DNA of 64,000 nucleotides from an uncultured Planctomycetia bacterium (GTDB taxonomy: Bacteria > Omnitrophota > Gorgyraeia > Duberdicusellales > Duberdicusellaceae), in assembly GCA_964634935.1 (NCBI GenBank), contig CAZWJT010000001.1, forward strand, positions 288,949 to 352,948. Direction: 5' to 3'. Shown piece by piece: positions 60,104 through 64,000 of the stretch. The notes under the pieces were generated by a model. That model was not told the DNA's origin. It ran no database searches and was given only the letters and a program-made list of their open reading frames with translations. The stretch's first letter is position 1. Each line of letters opens with the position of its first letter. Made by a program: the position numbers and the translations under genes.

Positions 60104-60847
60104 ATGGTGAAACTCGTTCTGGTCCGACACGGAGAAAGTATCTGGAATCTCGAGAATAGATTTACCGGATGGACTGACGTGGGGCTTTCAGAAAAAGGCA
60201 TACAAGAAGCCCACCGGGCAGCAATTTTTTTGAAAGAAGGTGGATTCACCTTCGATCTTGCGTTTACTTCTGTATTGAAACGAGCAATCAAAACTCTCTG
60301 GATTATCCTCGAAGATATGGATCTTATGTGGATTCCTGTCCAGCATACCTGGAGATTAAATGAACGCCACTACGGAGCACTCCAAGGACTCAATAAGATG
60401 GAGATGGTAAAGCAGTACGGAGAAGAACAAGTGCACATTTGGAGAAGAAGCTACGATATCACGCCGCCGGCTCTTACCAAAGACGATCCTCGTTCAGTAA
60501 TTTCTGACTCTCGCTACCAAAATCTACTGCCTCATGAAATTCCGCTTACGGAAGCTCTGAAGAATACCGTTGAGCGTTTTCTCCCCTACTGGCATGGCAC
60601 TGTCGTTCCCCAGCTCAAAGAAGGAAAAAAGATTATTATCGCGGCGCATGGAAATAGCTTGCGGGCACTGGTCAAATACCTGGATAATATTTCAGAGGAA
60701 GAAATTACGAAACTCAATATCCCTACCGGAATACCATTAATTTATGAGCTCGATATAAACTTGAAACCGATCAAACATTATTACTTGGGTGATCCGAAAC
60801 TCATTGAAGAAGCTATCAACTCTGTCGCGAAACAAACAAAAAAGTAA
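60104..60847 (+). CDS. gpmA: 2,3-bisphosphoglycerate-dependent phosphoglycerate mutase.
   Basis: [23 protein letters not shown] catalytic His motif. AAGGAGG RBS 10 nt upstream. Confidence 0.85.
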   Translation: MVKLVLVRHGESIWNLENRFTGWTDVGLSEKGIQEAHRAAIFLKEGGFTFDLAFTSVLKRAIKTLWIILEDMDLMWIPVQHTWRLNERHYGALQGLNKMEMVKQYGEEQVHIWRRSYDITPPALTKDDPRSVISDSRYQNLLPHEIPLTEALKNTVERFLPYWHGTVVPQLKEGKKIIIAAHGNSLRALVKYLDNISEEEITKLNIPTGIPLIYELDINLKPIKHYYLGDPKLIEEAINSVAKQTKK

Positions 60848-60851
60848 TAAT

Positions 60852-61775
60852 TCAAATCCTGCGGAATGATCTGCCTGTTTGGATCAGGGCGTCTTGAGCG
60901 GCATATCGATAGCTAAAACCGGTAGCTAATAACCGCTTCACACTATATTCTCGGTCTTTAACCATAAACTTCACTTTCTCGCCCAGCAAAGGAAGCGCGG
61001 TAAAACACGGGGTAAGAAATTCCGGGAAAAATGACGGTCCGGGAACACCTGCCCCCTGTGCTAAAAACGAGAAAACCTCCCGAGCCGAAAAAACTTCCTT
61101 ATCGGCAAGAAAAAAAGTGCCTTCTAAAAACTGGTCATTCCAGAGCGTTTCCACTGCGGCTTGGGCTAAAGTACGGACATACACCAAGTGAAACTTATTC
61201 TTACCTTGATGAAAAAGCGGAAGGATCCTGAATCGTAAAGCGGCAATAACCAGCCCTAAAGCGTGAGGCTCATCTTCTCCGTATACCATGCATGGCCGTA
61301 AAATTGCCGTTGGAAGACCGCGTTTACGGGTTTCCAGAACTATTTTTTCTGCCTCAATCTTAGACTGGCCGTAAGGATTTGAAGCTCGATATGGCGCTTC
61401 TTCGGTAAGGATGGTTTCGGCGTTTCCGCTTACTACGGCAACGGAACTGACATAGATGAACCGCTTAATCCCTCGAGTTAAAGCAAACAAACACATATTC
61501 TTCGTGCCAACAATATTCGCTAAGTGAAGCATCCGTTGATTAACCCCAACAAAACCTGCGCAATGAAAACAAACATCATATTCATTAGAAATCTGCTCTA
61601 AAGACTTCCGGTCAACGATGTCGGCGTAAATCAGCCTTATATTTTTTGTTTGCAGGAAAAGGGATTTGCTTGTCTTGCGTACAATTACAGCAAGGTCTTG
61701 GAAACCGTTACGCAACAACTCTTCCACGATAGCACGTCCGATAAATCCAGTGGCTCCGGTAAGTAGGATTCGCAT
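60852..61775 (-). CDS. NAD-dependent epimerase/dehydratase family protein.
   Basis: MRILLTGATGFIGRAI Rossmann motif and YxxxK (YGQSK). Confidence 0.65.
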   Translation of the reverse strand: MRILLTGATGFIGRAIVEELLRNGFQDLAVIVRKTSKSLFLQTKNIRLIYADIVDRKSLEQISNEYDVCFHCAGFVGVNQRMLHLANIVGTKNMCLFALTRGIKRFIYVSSVAVVSGNAETILTEEAPYRASNPYGQSKIEAEKIVLETRKRGLPTAILRPCMVYGEDEPHALGLVIAALRFRILPLFHQGKNKFHLVYVRTLAQAAVETLWNDQFLEGTFFLADKEVFSAREVFSFLAQGAGVPGPSFFPEFLTPCFTALPLLGEKVKFMVKDREYSVKRLLATGFSYRYAAQDALIQTGRSFRRI

Positions 61776-62750
61776 TCAAGCACCTAACTTTGCTACGGAT
61801 TCAAGACGTTCATCAAGAATTTTCTGTATATCACGCAGATCGCTGTCTTCCATATTCCAAACAGCGCTCTGTATATTTTCTACGGCTTGCGCCTTGGTGC
61901 GGCATCCAACAATTGCCGCAGTAATTCCGGGTTGCGAAATATTCCATGCGAGAGCCAACTGAGTTAATGTTTTTTCATGTTTCTCCGCAATCCGTGTGAG
62001 CCGTTCGCACGTGTCTTTGTTGATCGCAAAAAACGGCTCTTGCAAATCTTTTTTGTACTTACGGTTTAAATCCCGGGGAATTGAACTTTTGAGGAAGAAT
62101 TTTCCGCTTAAAATCCCGCTGTGAAGCGGGGCGTAGGAAAGAATGGAAATTTCGTGCTTACGGCAGAATGGAACCAGCTTTTGCTCTATCTTCCGCTCAA
62201 ACATATGATAACAAGGCTGAAGGCTCACAACCGGAGCATGCAGCATAAATTCCTGAAGCTGCTCCTCCGAAAAATTACTTACCCCGATTTCCTTGATGAT
62301 GTTCTTCTTGCGAAGCCCATACAGCACTCCCGCGACTCTTGCAAGCGGAACGCTTTCATCCGGCCAATGCACCTGATACAAATCGATTGTGTCAGTCTGA
62401 AGTCTCTTGCGACTTGCGTCTATCTCGGCAAGCATTCTTGCTTCGGTTAAATCGTGAAAAATAGACCTGCCTTCCCAGCGTAATCCAACTTTGGTCGCAA
62501 GAATCACTTTTTCGCGCAGATTGTTTTTTTCCAGAAATCTCCCGATGACTTCTTCCGAATGCCCTCTCCCGTATACCGGAGCAGTATCCAAACAATTTAT
62601 TCCGTGCGCAAGGGCGTACTCAAGCACAGCATATGAATCCCGGTCGTCTTGATAACCCCACCACGCATCGTTCCCAAACGCCCAAGTGCCAAGAGTAATA
62701 ACTGAAATCCTGAAACTACTCGATCCGAGGGCGCGGTATTCCATGTTCAC
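61776..62750 (-). CDS. Aldo/keto reductase.
   Basis: LGTWAFG, catalytic D/Y/K/H pattern (LDTAPVYG...), and a length of about 324 aa. Confidence 0.7.
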   Translation of the reverse strand: MNMEYRALGSSSFRISVITLGTWAFGNDAWWGYQDDRDSYAVLEYALAHGINCLDTAPVYGRGHSEEVIGRFLEKNNLREKVILATKVGLRWEGRSIFHDLTEARMLAEIDASRKRLQTDTIDLYQVHWPDESVPLARVAGVLYGLRKKNIIKEIGVSNFSEEQLQEFMLHAPVVSLQPCYHMFERKIEQKLVPFCRKHEISILSYAPLHSGILSGKFFLKSSIPRDLNRKYKKDLQEPFFAINKDTCERLTRIAEKHEKTLTQLALAWNISQPGITAAIVGCRTKAQAVENIQSAVWNMEDSDLRDIQKILDERLESVAKLGA

Positions 62751-62761
62751 CTATGTTTTGT

Positions 62762-62801
62762 GGAAAAAGAAAACCCCGCCAGTGTCCAAACACCAGCGGG
62801 G
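62762..62801 (-). terminator. Candidate intrinsic terminator after the kamA-like gene. On the minus strand: CCCCGCUGG...CCAGCGGGG hairpin followed by UUUUCUUUUU.
   Basis: Plus-strand 62774-62801 contains ccccgc...gcgggg arms, with a T-run on the minus strand at 62762-62773. Confidence 0.4.
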
Positions 62802-62815
62802 CCCTTCCATGCTGA

Positions 62816-64000
62816 TTATTTTGGGTTTGGATAGAAAAATGTTTCGTTTTTATAGTTGCGAAGCGTGACCCCCTCTTCGCTCAATGACAAGAGGTAGTTT
62901 GGTTGAAGCGGAATCTTACCCTTTCCATCTTCCCCGTCGACGACAAACGTTGGCACGCACATCCCTCCTGTATGACCCCGCATCTTCTCGATAATCTCAA
63001 CCCCCTTGAAAATCGAGGTACGAAAATGCGCCGCTCCCACGACCGCGTCACATTCAAAAAGATAGTAGGGCCTCACCCGGATGCTCTGTAAGGTATGGCA
63101 CAACTCAAGCATGACTTCCGGGTTATCGTTCACACCCTTTAAAAGCACAGACTGGTTACTCATAGGAATGCCTGCTTTCTGTAATTTTCTACAGGCAAGC
63201 CTTGCTTCAGCAGTAATTTCCCGAGGATGATTGAATTGGGTATTTACCCAAAGGTTCTCGTATTTCTCCAGCATCCTGCAGAGTGAATCATCGATGCGCT
63301 CGGGAAAAACAACCGGCGTTCTTGTCCCGATGCGGATAACTTCTAAACTTTCGACCTTCGAAAGAAGAGACAAGATATAATCAAGTTTTTCGGTAGGGAG
63401 AATGAACGGATCGCCTCCGGAAACGATGACTTCGCGAATTTCTCGATGTACCCTCAGATAATCAACCGCGCGATTTATTTCCTGAAGCGTCGGCTCAGGA
63501 ATATTTTTACCCCAGATGCGCTTTCTGGTGCAATGCCGGCAATACATGAAACACCGGTTGGTCACAATCAACAAAGCTCTGTCCGGGTAACGGTGAACTA
63601 AACATTTCAACGGCGATGTTCTCATCTCTCCCAAAGGATCTAATTTCTCATAGACCCCTTCCTGAATTTCCTGAACATCGGGTACACATTGCTTACGAAT
63701 CGGATCTTCTTTGTCGTAAGGGTTTTGAATCAGAGAAAGGTAGTAGTCTGTAATCCGGATGTGGTAAGTCTTTGTTACATTGCGCAGGGTTTCTTTTTCT
63801 GTCTCGTCGAGGGGAAGAAACTTGGCTAACTCTTCAACGCTCTTAATTGCGTTTTTGCAGGAAGTGCTCCAGTTGTGAGAGAATTGTTTTATTGCCCGAG
63901 GCTTTTCTATTTCTTGCTTAGCCCCACCAGGCTTATCGCTCCCAGGTTCATCCTCCATATTCTGATTTTCCACGCCCATTCGTTTTTCGTTCATGTACAA
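62816..64000 (-). CDS. Lysine 2,3-aminomutase-like radical SAM protein (KamA/EpmB family). Partial: the 5' end lies beyond the window end.
   Basis: CFMYCRHCTRKR (CxxxCxxC) radical SAM cluster and a KamA-like C-terminal region. The polar N-terminal extension is truncated by the window edge. Confidence 0.65.
   Translation of the reverse strand: MYMNEKRMGVENQNMEDEPGSDKPGGAKQEIEKPRAIKQFSHNWSTSCKNAIKSVEELAKFLPLDETEKETLRNVTKTYHIRITDYYLSLIQNPYDKEDPIRKQCVPDVQEIQEGVYEKLDPLGEMRTSPLKCLVHRYPDRALLIVTNRCFMYCRHCTRKRIWGKNIPEPTLQEINRAVDYLRVHREIREVIVSGGDPFILPTEKLDYILSLLSKVESLEVIRIGTRTPVVFPERIDDSLCRMLEKYENLWVNTQFNHPREITAEARLACRKLQKAGIPMSNQSVLLKGVNDNPEVMLELCHTLQSIRVRPYYLFECDAVVGAAHFRTSIFKGVEIIEKMRGHTGGMCVPTFVVDGEDGKGKIPLQPNYLLSLSEEGVTLRNYKNETFFYPNPK

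Noticed and set aside
1-64000. CRISPR arrays, prophage, IS elements, toxin-antitoxin or restriction-modification systems.
   Set aside because: Scanning intergenic regions and ORF translations revealed no regularly spaced repeats, transposase or integrase motifs, or typical defence-gene signatures. Nearly all space is occupied by recognisable genes.

Overview
This is a 64-kb chromosomal window from a moderately AT-rich bacterium. Almost the entire window is coding, with about 60 genes and two tRNAs. Most genes are on the minus strand.

Housekeeping content:
- A recG-rsmD-coaD-yceD-rpmF-plsX-fabH-fabD-fabG-acpP-fabF block, followed by leuC-leuD-(83-aa ORF)-leuB-asd.
- A minimal V/A-type ATPase operon with the gene order E-hypothetical-A-B-D-I-K.
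- A long pyrimidine cluster: pyrR-pyrB-pyrC ... carA-carB ... pyrK ... pyrD-pyrF. It is interrupted by an EndoQ-like PHP nuclease, a flavodoxin, a tRNA-Arg, a glycosyltransferase trio, and mutM.
- Also dtd, a TIGR01212-type radical SAM gene, queH, rpe, gpmA, uppP, a partial panE and a partial kamA-like gene.

Accessory and unusual content:
(i) A minus-strand Tad-like (type IVc filament) operon at 2.9-13.0 kb. Its gene order is parvulin PPIase, CpaB, secretin fused to a TonB C-terminal-like domain, a fused ParA/MinD-like + CpaF ATPase, two pseudopilins, and a terminal 1074-aa cysteine-rich giant protein. It is divergently paired with a FIST/GAF-histidine kinase/REC-GGDEF(GGDDF) signalling module.
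(ii) Two dispersed paralogous genes encoding secreted proteins with about seven ~46-aa FNGTGW-type repeats and a PEP-CTERM-like C-terminal sorting signal.
(iii) A classic PyrR attenuator (promoter, PyrR-binding loop, intrinsic terminator) upstream of pyrR.
(iv) An NfeD/SPFH pair.

I saw no CRISPR array, integrase, transposase or obvious prophage. All calls come from reading the ORF translations and intergenic sequence by eye. No database search was run.
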